From the IMG/VR virus record IMGVR_UViG_3300021338_000003, positions 186,818 to 250,817 of that record: 64,000 bases of DNA. One strand, written 5' to 3'. Made by a program: the position numbers and the translations under genes. The notes under the pieces were generated by a model, which worked only from the letters and a program-made list of their open reading frames with translations, was not told where the DNA came from and ran no database searches. Shown in pieces: positions 46,582 through 55,631 of this stretch (position 1 is its first letter; each line of letters opens with the position of its first letter).

Positions 46582-47847
46582 ATGCCCCAATCTCAGTCAA
46601 CCCCCTATACCGCAGAAGTCGCCTATCGGGGCGTTCGAAAGACGTTCGAATTCGGGTTCTATGCCGATGATGCCCAGACGATCCCCATTATCCCATTCAA
46701 CACGGCCGAATATCCGAAGGTCCAACTGGTGGCCCCTGATGGCCAGGTGTTCCTAACCCGCGGCCCACCTTCTGTTCGTAGCACTGGGGTACCCGGTAAG
46801 TGGGCCTTTGACTTTGATGTTCCTCCTGATTCCCTGGTTACGGCCATCAACCAGGCATGGGAATTTGCGGCCATCGTTGCTGACTCCAATGGCATCGAAA
46901 AGACGTACCGGACCACCTTCATCATCAAGGACCCGAACGTCGTTAAGGCCGGCAATCAAAGCCGGATGTACCCGGTGGTCTCGGGTAATGACCTTCAGGT
47001 CATATTCCACTCTCCGGTCGACCTCTACTCCGTCTCACTTCGAGTCTTCCGGTCCGGAAGTGAAACCGACATCATCGTGGACTCCACCTCTGTCGGGTCC
47101 GGTGACGGGGACATCAAGAAGGTCGTGTCCGAAGGTGTCTATGTCTACTACTACGACATTCCGGCAGAAACCACGGCCAACATTTCCCTAGGCGACCTGG
47201 ATGAGGGCATCTGGCAAATTCACTGGAAGGCCCAGGAAAGCCAGATATCCCCTAAGGACCTCGTATATCAAATAGCCCAGGTATTCTCCAGCAACATCCT
47301 CGAATATACGCCCCATGTGCGGTACATCGTGGACAAACTCGAAAAGAGGTATACCACTCGCCAGGGGTACGATGAATCCGATATTCTTGGTGCTCTGGAT
47401 ATGGGACTTCAGCTGGTTAACACCACCTTCCCGGCCACCCAGTATGTGCTCACACCCGGAACGGGTACAAGCCCTACCATCTTTGCTGGTGGGACCGGGG
47501 TGGTACCAGACCAATTCAAGCCCTATGTAATCCTTGGGGCGGCATGGTGGCTATATATGGGCCAACTGGGCCTTGCGGTTGACCTCCAGTTCTCGTTCTC
47601 TGGTCAGCGGACTACTCTGGACCAGGATCAGACCGGAGGTATCGAGAGCCTACTGGACAAATATCGGTCTGCCCTCGAAGAGCAACTCGGAAAGGTCAAA
47701 ACCGATTTCCTACGGCAGAACCGCCGGGTGGGAACCCTGGCAGTCCGGCCCCGGTCTTACCGTGTTTCGCAGACCACGGTGTTCAAGATCAATTCAACCT
47801 TGGGGTCCAATTACATCGGGTTCCTAAACGGCATCGGACTCATCTGA
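46582..47847 (+). CDS. Head-tail adaptor/neck-like protein with N-terminal Ig-like domains
   Basis: Beta-rich N-terminus; helical C-terminus YDESDILGALDMGLQLVN. Inference. Confidence 0.45.
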   Translation: MPQSQSTPYTAEVAYRGVRKTFEFGFYADDAQTIPIIPFNTAEYPKVQLVAPDGQVFLTRGPPSVRSTGVPGKWAFDFDVPPDSLVTAINQAWEFAAIVADSNGIEKTYRTTFIIKDPNVVKAGNQSRMYPVVSGNDLQVIFHSPVDLYSVSLRVFRSGSETDIIVDSTSVGSGDGDIKKVVSEGVYVYYYDIPAETTANISLGDLDEGIWQIHWKAQESQISPKDLVYQIAQVFSSNILEYTPHVRYIVDKLEKRYTTRQGYDESDILGALDMGLQLVNTTFPATQYVLTPGTGTSPTIFAGGTGVVPDQFKPYVILGAAWWLYMGQLGLAVDLQFSFSGQRTTLDQDQTGGIESLLDKYRSALEEQLGKVKTDFLRQNRRVGTLAVRPRSYRVSQTTVFKINSTLGSNYIGFLNGIGLI

Positions 47848-48569
47848 TGAATAGAATACGCCAAGCTGTTGTCGACGCCGAGGACCTTCGCTGGCTTCGA
47901 GATGCAGAAGAAGAATTCGACGAAATTGATTCAGAATACCAAGCCACCAAGAAGTCCCTAGAAAACATCGTCTCCAAAAGATATGGAGGGGATTTCGACC
48001 TTCTTATCGATAGCGCCTTCGTTGAATCCGGTAAGGGGGACAAGGAAGCACGACTTCTGGTCGAAGAAGAAGATCGCCTTAGGAGACACCGTCAATCTGC
48101 TTGGAGCAGACGGTGGGACCTTCGGGTTAAGTTGGGCTTTGACCCAAGGACTGGCAAGCCGCGCCAGAAGGAACGCAGCAGAGCACCAAACTTGCCCGGA
48201 GCCGGGTTCTACCCTGACCTTCTTCACGACGACCCCACGGATGTGCACGGGTGGCCCCGAGGTCAAGAAGCCATAGAAGTAGAGACATATACTTCGAATG
48301 TTTGGCACCACACCAGTGAGGATGGTACCTTTCACGTCATCCAGTACTTCAAGGGATACGAGCCTGTATCTGGCATGACCCTTCGATCCAAAAGGGCCTA
48401 CAGAGGCCAACAGACTGCCACCATTGACCGGGTGTTCACCCTGCCCGAACACCAACGACAGGGATACGCCCGAGAAATTATGGATTATGCCCGATCCCAC
48501 TTCCGTCGAGTCAAACACTCAAAGGACCTCACCGATATGGGCCGCCTATGGAAGAGAGGAGTCGGGTAA
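47847..48569 (+). CDS. GNAT acetyltransferase-domain protein
   Basis: IDRVFTLPEHQRQGYAREIM is acetyl-CoA-binding motif A. Confidence 0.75.
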   Translation: MNRIRQAVVDAEDLRWLRDAEEEFDEIDSEYQATKKSLENIVSKRYGGDFDLLIDSAFVESGKGDKEARLLVEEEDRLRRHRQSAWSRRWDLRVKLGFDPRTGKPRQKERSRAPNLPGAGFYPDLLHDDPTDVHGWPRGQEAIEVETYTSNVWHHTSEDGTFHVIQYFKGYEPVSGMTLRSKRAYRGQQTATIDRVFTLPEHQRQGYAREIMDYARSHFRRVKHSKDLTDMGRLWKRGVG

Positions 48570-49559
48570 CTCTGGGTCCCGGTTGTCAATCTCCTTCTTG
48601 TACCAGGCAACCACCGAGGCCCGGAAGGACACCGGGCACTTGGAAATGTGATGCCCCACATGGTCATATATCTGTTGCCAAGTATATCCATCCACGTGCA
48701 TGGCCCATGCTCGCCGAAAATAAGGATACTTCTTCCTCTGGTCGGCTTCCCACCTAGCCTTAGCTGGGTCTAACCCTAGCCGTCTCCATGCCTGGCGTAG
48801 AGAGTGATGCTGAAGGTTGACTTCGGCCGCCAGGTCTTCGGTTCGCTCGTTGTTCATATACCGACGGTCGAAAAGCTCGCGAATCTTATTGGGGGATATT
48901 GGTTCATGGATGAAGTTGTCCCCCTCAACCCAGAATTTCTCCAATGTAGTGTACGTGGTTCCGTGCTCTTTGGCTACTTTCTTTGAGTACTCGCGCAGGG
49001 TCAAACCACTGAGGTCCCGAGTGAAGGTTTTGTTAGCCACGTCTCTAGCATAGTCGAGACGAGCCTGGCGGGGTTTGAACCCAAGGTCGTACCATCGCTT
49101 CTTGAGAGTGGTGAGGTGGCATCCCAACTCACCGGCCACGACAGGCAACTGGATGGCAACGTTCTTCACATACCGATGGAAAGCAGCAGTGTAGTCTTCC
49201 ACATCCTGTTCGGACATGCCGGGGGGATTGGGGTTTTTAAGACCCATACGGCGCCAGAGGTGACGGAGCCAGTATTCGGACCGACCCACAGATTTGGCAA
49301 GGTTGGCCACAGACATCTCTCGACGGAGGTGCCGTTTCCAGAGTTCCTGCCCAACCTTGTTGTAAGAGCGATTACGGTCCCCAGTAAGGTCCCATCCGAG
49401 ATCCCGAAACCTTTTGCTGAGATAGGCATCAGAAAATCCCAATTCCTTTCCGAGCTTAACAAGACTGATGCCATTCACCGCCTTGTCATACAGTATCTTG
49501 GCTTGCTCTTCGGAAATATTCTCTGTATACTTTCCATCCTTTCCTCGGACTTTTGGCAT
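48546..49559 (-). CDS. Tandem multi-HTH DNA-binding protein
   Basis: About 5-6 repeats of the type S/LxxLAxExGxSxxxLxxxW/FxxLG. Confidence 0.6.
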   Translation of the reverse strand: MPKVRGKDGKYTENISEEQAKILYDKAVNGISLVKLGKELGFSDAYLSKRFRDLGWDLTGDRNRSYNKVGQELWKRHLRREMSVANLAKSVGRSEYWLRHLWRRMGLKNPNPPGMSEQDVEDYTAAFHRYVKNVAIQLPVVAGELGCHLTTLKKRWYDLGFKPRQARLDYARDVANKTFTRDLSGLTLREYSKKVAKEHGTTYTTLEKFWVEGDNFIHEPISPNKIRELFDRRYMNNERTEDLAAEVNLQHHSLRQAWRRLGLDPAKARWEADQRKKYPYFRRAWAMHVDGYTWQQIYDHVGHHISKCPVSFRASVVAWYKKEIDNRDPELPDSSLP

Positions 49560-49622
49560 ACAAACCCCCAAAAGAGGGTGTTTACCTCATTAGTTGCGGC
49601 ACACCTAACAAGAGGTGAGCAA

Positions 49623-50309
49623 ATGCGTACTATCATCCCCGGAAAGTCCACCGAAGGCAGCGACAGCAACGAGCAGCTCGTGCGTCGACTTTTGAACGCC
49701 AAGAAGCCTGTGTACCTGAAGAATTCCATTCCTCAGAATGTGCATATGATTTCCTATCCTCGTGAGGACGGAGAGAGCGACACTATCAACTTCCCGGACA
49801 CGTACCTTCCCATCAAGATCACCGATGTCATCTCCACCGAGAATCTCATGAAGTCTCGGGACTTCTGGGCCTACATTCGTAGTGGCATTCTGGTTCCCGT
49901 TCGTCCGAAGGTGGCCAAGCAGCTGCTGAATGACGTTGATGCCGCGGATGAAATCGACCGCCTGCAGTCTCGACAGGGCCAGAACACCAAGGCCAAGGGT
50001 CTGGATCGGTTCAATTCCAAGCCCTCCGGCAAGATCGAAATCGACTTCACTCGTCCCGATGATGATGGCGAGGAGGATGCTGAGTCTACTCTCAATCGCC
50101 GCGTTCAGCACATCATGGCCACGATTCAGGCCGGACAGAACAAGTCAGTACGGAGTGGTCTAGCTGAGCTGAAGAGCATGGCCAGTGACCTGAGCCGTGA
50201 GGACTTCGGGTACCTGGTGGGCCACGGTACTGTCGTCGACCAGGAATCCGGTAAGGTGAATTCCCGCATCACCGACTGGGCCATGAAGCAGCTCAGCGTT
50301 ACTCCCTGA
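49623..50309 (+). CDS. Putative structural protein
   Basis: GAGGTG SD; biased codons. Confidence 0.6.
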   Translation: MRTIIPGKSTEGSDSNEQLVRRLLNAKKPVYLKNSIPQNVHMISYPREDGESDTINFPDTYLPIKITDVISTENLMKSRDFWAYIRSGILVPVRPKVAKQLLNDVDAADEIDRLQSRQGQNTKAKGLDRFNSKPSGKIEIDFTRPDDDGEEDAESTLNRRVQHIMATIQAGQNKSVRSGLAELKSMASDLSREDFGYLVGHGTVVDQESGKVNSRITDWAMKQLSVTP

Positions 50310-50345
50310 GTATTCACGGGGCAGGCTTTTTGTAGGAGGTGAATC

Positions 50346-51107
50346 TTGGCTGAAGTGTTGCCTATCACCGTGGAAAGCCTGTCCCAGGAGGCAGCCGATG
50401 AACAATTCGGTTCCTCTCCCGGTGGGATTCTTGATGACGAAGTAATTGCTGCCCTCAACGAGCGGCTGCCGGACGTGCAGGAAGAAAGGGAGGAGAGCCT
50501 CGGAAATGCCGAGTCTTCCGGTTCCTCTTTCTATAGCCGGCAGCCGTTCATCTTCACCCGAGTCGGTGAACAAGAAGCAGGAATCTTCGTGTATGCGGCC
50601 CTGAATCCCACCGAAATTTCCTACACCATACCCACCCGAGAAGCACTAGAGAAATGTGGGGGTGGTGAGGTTAAGCACACTGCCCAGGCCAGTCTCGAAA
50701 GAGCCGAGAGTCTCGGCAAGTTTATTGATGAGATCGAGATTCGGTATACCCTCACTACTGGCAACGCTCTGCCCCTTCGATTCACAGACGGTGGCTTGGG
50801 TATCCCGGATGGTCTCGACACCTTCTATGCCTTGATGGCTCTCCTCCTTGAGAGCGAACGAGTATTGGAGGATGGTCGTTCCAACGATCTCATCATCAGC
50901 CAAAATTCGGTTACGTTTCCGATGATTACGGTTGAGGGCAAGCTCAAGCCCGAGGGGGTATCATTTGTCCAATCAGCGGATGACCCCAACAAGATCTCCG
51001 GAATTTCTTTTTCGGTGTCAGTCCACAAGACTGTACCCCGTCTAACCTCGGTCGAGGCTCTCCGTGCCGCCTGGGAGAATTCGGCCGATAGAATCGGATC
51101 CTCCTGA
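50346..51107 (+). CDS. Putative baseplate/tail-tube-initiator-like protein
   Basis: TTG start after a perfect AGGAGGTG; AALNPTEISY motif. Function is inference. Confidence 0.4.
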   Translation: MAEVLPITVESLSQEAADEQFGSSPGGILDDEVIAALNERLPDVQEEREESLGNAESSGSSFYSRQPFIFTRVGEQEAGIFVYAALNPTEISYTIPTREALEKCGGGEVKHTAQASLERAESLGKFIDEIEIRYTLTTGNALPLRFTDGGLGIPDGLDTFYALMALLLESERVLEDGRSNDLIISQNSVTFPMITVEGKLKPEGVSFVQSADDPNKISGISFSVSVHKTVPRLTSVEALRAAWENSADRIGSS

Positions 51108-52012
51108 TGTGCTCTTGGATACGCAACCTTCTGGTCCAACCCCAGGACGACCCAACCACTGACTCCGTACCTCCAATCCCGCAGGCTCCGCAGGCCCTGC
51201 CTGACCCTCCCCCTAGTGCAACCCCCAATCCTGCTCCTTCTAGAGGACTGGAGATATCCGAGACAGCTGTAGATGGTACCAAACCTCCTACTGAGGAAGA
51301 GACCATGCATCCGGTTCCAGAAGAGAAAAAGAAAGTCATAGACCAGGTCCTCAGTGTATTTGAGACCGGAAGCTCCGAGCCCTCCTACTCGAAGGTGGTG
51401 TTCCTCGATGACGGGGCTGGTATCACATACGGAAAGCATCAAAGCACCGATGGTGGCGGAGCCCTGGACCAAATAGTCATGAAATATATAGACTATGGTG
51501 GAAAATATGCTGACGAGCTTCGACAGTACCTTCCTCTTCTAGCCGATGATGAAACCACCAAGGCTAACCCTGACGATCTCCCCAAATCGGTTAAGGAATT
51601 GATGAACCTTCTTCAGGCTGCGGGTGAGGACCCACTGATGCAAGCCGCCCAAGACAAAGTGTTCGACGAACATTATTGGGACCCAGCCATCAGCCAAGCA
51701 TGGGATATGGGACTAACCCTCCCCCTATCTTGGCTAGTATGTTATGACAGTACAATCCACTCTGGATCCAACGGCATCGCCCGTATCAGAAAACGGTTCG
51801 CTGCCTTACCTCCGTCACGTGGTGGGGATGAGAAGAGATGGACCAAGGCTTATCTCGAAGCCAGGCGAGCTTGGTTGGCCAGTCATCCCAATCCGGTTGT
51901 TCAGAATACTGTGTACCGCATCGATTCCATGCTTCAGCTCATTGAGGATGATAACTGGATGCTCGACGTTCCTTTCATCCTCCTCAAGCCGAAGCGGATG
52001 ATCAATGGGTGA
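51107..52012 (+). CDS. GH46 chitosanase-like lysozyme-fold hydrolase (candidate endolysin) with a Pro-rich N-terminus
   Basis: VLSVFETG...LDDGAGITYG...AQDKVFDEHYWDPA...CYDSTIHSG. Confidence 0.75.
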   Translation: MCSWIRNLLVQPQDDPTTDSVPPIPQAPQALPDPPPSATPNPAPSRGLEISETAVDGTKPPTEEETMHPVPEEKKKVIDQVLSVFETGSSEPSYSKVVFLDDGAGITYGKHQSTDGGGALDQIVMKYIDYGGKYADELRQYLPLLADDETTKANPDDLPKSVKELMNLLQAAGEDPLMQAAQDKVFDEHYWDPAISQAWDMGLTLPLSWLVCYDSTIHSGSNGIARIRKRFAALPPSRGGDEKRWTKAYLEARRAWLASHPNPVVQNTVYRIDSMLQLIEDDNWMLDVPFILLKPKRMING

Positions 52013-52523
52013 CGACTACACCATGCGTGATGTGAGAACTTTTGCACAGCTTGCCCATGGCGACCAGCTGTATGCTGAAAGGTTTCCTTTTGTGATGCAC
52101 CTGGACCAGGTCTTCTGGACTCTTAAGAAATTCGGGTGCGAGGATACCTTGATCCACAGGGCTGCTTTTCTGCACGATGTAGTCGAGGATACCCACGTTC
52201 AACTGGACGAGGTCCATGACTCTTTCGGCACCGATATGGCCAGGCTGGTCCATGGCGTGACTATGCCCGAAGAGATGAGCCGTCTTGAAGCAGTATCCGT
52301 TGTTGCCGACCATATGAAATTTGACAGCCAAATACAGACCCTCAAACTGGCTGACCGCATTTCAAACGTCCAACTAGCTGTATGGGAAGGCAACAAGAGA
52401 ATCATGCGGTTCTACGCCCGGGAACACCACATCTTCAAACGAGCCCACACCGCCGGGCAAAGTATGGACCACATGTGGTCATTTCTAGATGACATGCTGA
52501 AGCCTTGGACCAAAAAGGACTAA
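52005..52523 (+). CDS. HD-domain hydrolase, RelA/SpoT (Mesh1/SAH-like)
   Basis: AH..Q...PF..H...AAFLHDVVEDT...FG...V.GVT...KLADRISN. Confidence 0.8.
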   Translation: MGDDYTMRDVRTFAQLAHGDQLYAERFPFVMHLDQVFWTLKKFGCEDTLIHRAAFLHDVVEDTHVQLDEVHDSFGTDMARLVHGVTMPEEMSRLEAVSVVADHMKFDSQIQTLKLADRISNVQLAVWEGNKRIMRFYAREHHIFKRAHTAGQSMDHMWSFLDDMLKPWTKKD

Positions 52524-52735
52524 TCCTTTAGGCCATCCCATGCCTCCGGTCGGATGGCCTTCTGCCCTTTTGTTCTGCGGTCCATTTGCTCTCTGTACCA
52601 GCATCGGCCCTGGGGACAACAGCACTTCTTGTTGTCAGGACCAATGTAGTGACCCTTGCACATCTTGTTTGACAGAAATACACTGTCATCCAAGTATGAT
52701 GATTGGTCAAGTCGTATAACGGAATCGTCACTCAT
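52520..52735 (-). CDS. Small Cys-rich hypothetical protein
   Basis: ATG overlaps the upstream stop; CKGH..CCCPQGRC. Confidence 0.4.
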   Translation of the reverse strand: MSDDSVIRLDQSSYLDDSVFLSNKMCKGHYIGPDNKKCCCPQGRCWYREQMDRRTKGQKAIRPEAWDGLKD

Positions 52736-53181
52736 GATGTAACCATCCAACGCAATGTTGCCCAGTTGATAGTGAGGTGCATAGTATTGTCCACGATAAT
52801 GAGCAGCCACACGCCAAGCCAATCGGGGGCATCAGGAGCGGTGGAACGCTGTTCATACGTAACCCCCACCACATGACGTTTCCATCCTATACCGCCGGAC
52901 TTCTCAAAGCCGCGGGTACGCATAATGGCCGCCGTGAACCATCCTTCCTTTCCGGTGCCCCAAAAATCAATCCAGTAGGAGGCCAGGCGCCAACGATCGA
53001 TGATGAAATGAGTTCCAATGATGATGAACCACTGATATACATTGGAAACCAACAGCAAAAATGGAAGACCATAGAGCAGCACGTGTAGTAGAGCCGCCCA
53101 ACTGTTCGAGGTCTTGCTGTTTGCCATCCAGTGGTTTTGGAGAATGTAATCTCCAATGAGATGGGCAAGAAGTTGTTCCAT
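52732..53181 (-). CDS. DUF3307-family membrane protein
   Basis: LAHLIGDYILQ...LLHVLLY...THFIIDR...VDNTMH. Confidence 0.75.
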   Translation of the reverse strand: MEQLLAHLIGDYILQNHWMANSKTSNSWAALLHVLLYGLPFLLLVSNVYQWFIIIGTHFIIDRWRLASYWIDFWGTGKEGWFTAAIMRTRGFEKSGGIGWKRHVVGVTYEQRSTAPDAPDWLGVWLLIIVDNTMHLTINWATLRWMVTS

Positions 53182-53182
53182 C

Positions 53183-53506
53183 TTATTTCTCCTTAGGGCA
53201 GGATAGATGCCCGCCTATCTTGGCTATAGATACACCACCACAGCGACCGTTGAACAGATGGTCGGTCACTTTCTTGTTGGTGGCTTCTGTATCCAACTCA
53301 GACAGCAATTCCCCAGTCTCCACATACCGCCAGGTCCAAACGCTATCTGAATCCCGCTGAATTGGAATGCCATCTAAGTACGCCCGGTCAAAGTCAGTTG
53401 GGTCAACCTTGAAAGTGCGTATCCACCTCCGGAGGACCCACACGAGAGGCTGCAAAGCACTGGCTGTTACCATCAAAACCCCAACGAACAGACAGAGATC
53501 CATCAT
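53183..53506 (-). CDS. Hypothetical protein with an N-terminal transmembrane segment
   Basis: Hydrophobic first 25 aa. Confidence 0.55.
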   Translation of the reverse strand: MMDLCLFVGVLMVTASALQPLVWVLRRWIRTFKVDPTDFDRAYLDGIPIQRDSDSVWTWRYVETGELLSELDTEATNKKVTDHLFNGRCGGVSIAKIGGHLSCPKEK

Positions 53507-54468
53507 GCCACCTTCAACTTTTTGATTTTGACTGGCTTAGCCCCAAAACTTGCACACTTGGCCCGGAGCTTCTTGACCCAAGAGATAGGAGCGTCACCTG
53601 GGTCCTTTTTGGCCGGGGCAGCAAACTCAATGAGGTCAATTTGGCCCTCAAGCTCAGACTTGGCCGCATCCCACAGGGCCTCCCCACCGTGGTCCCCATC
53701 CCCAGCGACGATTATATGCCTAAGCCCAGACCGCATAAGTAGGGAATCAGTCTTGGCAGCTGACCATGTCTCGGCTCCCATGACCGCCACGGCTGGAATT
53801 CCGTACCGCAAAAGACGGAGGGCATCAAAGGGACCCTCGGTGATGACCAAAACTGGTCCCTTTGAGATGCGATCCAGCATGAACCACATTGTATCGGTGG
53901 GAAGGTCCTTGGACGTCAGCCACTTTGGGTCTCCATCCTTTTCTACCGTACGGGCAGTGTACCCCACCATCTCGTTTTCATGAGTAATGATGAACATAGC
54001 CCGCCGACCGCCCCTGCGATCACGCATCCTACGGGCACCAATCCGAGTCATGAAGGACTCTGGTAGTCCACGCCACGGCCCCTTCCACGGGGAAGTGTTT
54101 CGCGGGATCGTGAATTCCTCGACGTCAGCAAAATTCACGTTATCCATGGACTGAAACCGACGCTTGATATAGGACCGGCCATCAATCCCAGGTCCATCAG
54201 ACTTCAGTTTGGGAAGGCCCACCTTGACCGCGTAGTCATTAAAATCAGATTCATGGTTGCACCTGTGGCACTTGATCTTGCGACCACCCCGATGAATCCA
54301 CAAAGACTTGGAAGTGCTATTGTGAAACGGACAGCGAACGTAGAAGAAACTTCCTTCCTTTTTGACTCGGTAGTCGATACCGAAAGTGTCGAGGAGGGAC
54401 CGAATCTTGATGCCGGTTTCGTAGTCAGAACCTCGATGGCCCTCGGCGTGGCTGCGGTCAGTAGCCAT
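53503..54468 (-). CDS. DNA primase (CHC2 Zn-binding domain plus TOPRIM)
   Basis: CPFH...CHRC; ITEGPFDAL; AVMG; GDGDHGG (DxD). Confidence 0.85.
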   Translation of the reverse strand: MATDRSHAEGHRGSDYETGIKIRSLLDTFGIDYRVKKEGSFFYVRCPFHNSTSKSLWIHRGGRKIKCHRCNHESDFNDYAVKVGLPKLKSDGPGIDGRSYIKRRFQSMDNVNFADVEEFTIPRNTSPWKGPWRGLPESFMTRIGARRMRDRRGGRRAMFIITHENEMVGYTARTVEKDGDPKWLTSKDLPTDTMWFMLDRISKGPVLVITEGPFDALRLLRYGIPAVAVMGAETWSAAKTDSLLMRSGLRHIIVAGDGDHGGEALWDAAKSELEGQIDLIEFAAPAKKDPGDAPISWVKKLRAKCASFGAKPVKIKKLKVA

Positions 54469-55480
54469 GCTTAAGTCGCTCCGTAGTCGTATCTTTTCTC
54501 TGTTCGAGCCTGTAATCGACCAGAAGGTATCGCTTGAAGTTCCTCATAGGGCTGAAATCCGAGCCTCCTCTCTACCATTCTGCTACAGGGATATTGCCCT
54601 TACCGCTTGGGCCAAAAAAGGGAACCGGTGCCCCACCAAGGAATGGTCCCTCGGGGCCACTCTTTACACAGACATCGGAACCGCGGTTCACGCCTCTATC
54701 CAAAGGTATCTGGGCGGGGCTGGGTTCCTCTGGGGGTCATGGAAGTGCAATCACTGCGGGAAAGTCTACCTGAACCAGACCTCTCCTGGTGTCTGCTGCG
54801 AAGACCTGGTCGAGTACGTTGAATATTCCCTGGTTCATCCCAACCCCGAAATTGGAGAATTCGGGCACTGCGATGGTATCATCGTCCTCCCTCATAAGAT
54901 GGGGTGGTTCGAATTGGAAATCAAGACGACTGGTCAGTCATTGGCTGCCAAGAGGAAGGAGCAGGGCCCGGCCGAGGAGCATCAACAGCAGGTGGGTATA
55001 TACCACGAGATGTTTGATGCTGGATACGCTCGGGTCAGGGAGCGAGGACGCCCGGAACCTGGAGAGAGGCATGGACCTATCCTCATCGATGAGAAAGCCA
55101 AGATGCCACCAGGCCCTCACCTCAAGGTGGTTCTAGTCATCTACGTCCTTCGCGACAAACCCAAACCCCGCTACTGGATTCCTCTAGTCCGTCGCCCGCG
55201 ACTGGGTGGTCTAGCCGATATCGAAAAGAATGTGCCCCGGGTCAAAAAGGCAATCCGAATTGGCACTTTGCCCCCTGGCACATGCAAAAAATACGACGAT
55301 GCCAAGAACCCCTACAACTTCCGAGAGGTCTGTCCCTGGGCCAGAGAGGTCTGCTTCAACAAGACCGAGAGTCCCAAGTCGGCAGGTCGCCGAGTGTTCT
55401 TGTGGTCCAAGACCCCCCACAAAACAAAGAGAAAGGTAGACTTGAGCAAATCCTTCATCAAGAGGAAGAGTGATCGATAG
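54467..55480 (+). CDS. Cas4-like PD-(D/E)xK exonuclease
   Basis: ASSLPFCYR, GTAVH, GHCDG, LEIKT, QVGIY, C-terminal C..CPW...C Fe-S ligands. Confidence 0.75.
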   Translation: MLKSLRSRIFSLFEPVIDQKVSLEVPHRAEIRASSLPFCYRDIALTAWAKKGNRCPTKEWSLGATLYTDIGTAVHASIQRYLGGAGFLWGSWKCNHCGKVYLNQTSPGVCCEDLVEYVEYSLVHPNPEIGEFGHCDGIIVLPHKMGWFELEIKTTGQSLAAKRKEQGPAEEHQQQVGIYHEMFDAGYARVRERGRPEPGERHGPILIDEKAKMPPGPHLKVVLVIYVLRDKPKPRYWIPLVRRPRLGGLADIEKNVPRVKKAIRIGTLPPGTCKKYDDAKNPYNFREVCPWAREVCFNKTESPKSAGRRVFLWSKTPHKTKRKVDLSKSFIKRKSDR

Positions 55481-55631
55481 ATGAAGGACTGACGGCCCAG
55501 GGACGCTGCCCTAGCCGCAACCGCTAATAGGTACCGAAAGCGACCCTCGGATGCGGAGAAACGACTAAACTTCGGGTCTGGATCGCTCTTTCAGCACATC
55601 CCTTGAATCAACAGAGAGTGGAGACTTTCCC

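Noticed and set aside
49116-50309. 397-aa minus-strand ORF
   Set aside because: It spans two genes with good SD sequences and is a composite shadow frame.
52520-52523. Overlapping convergent stop codons (also 61481-61484) as a regulatory system
   Set aside because: Adequately explained by genome compaction.
54467-55480. Cas4-like gene as evidence of a CRISPR-Cas system
   Set aside because: No cas1/cas2 and no repeat-spacer array seen anywhere in the window; solo Cas4-like nucleases are common phage recombination enzymes.
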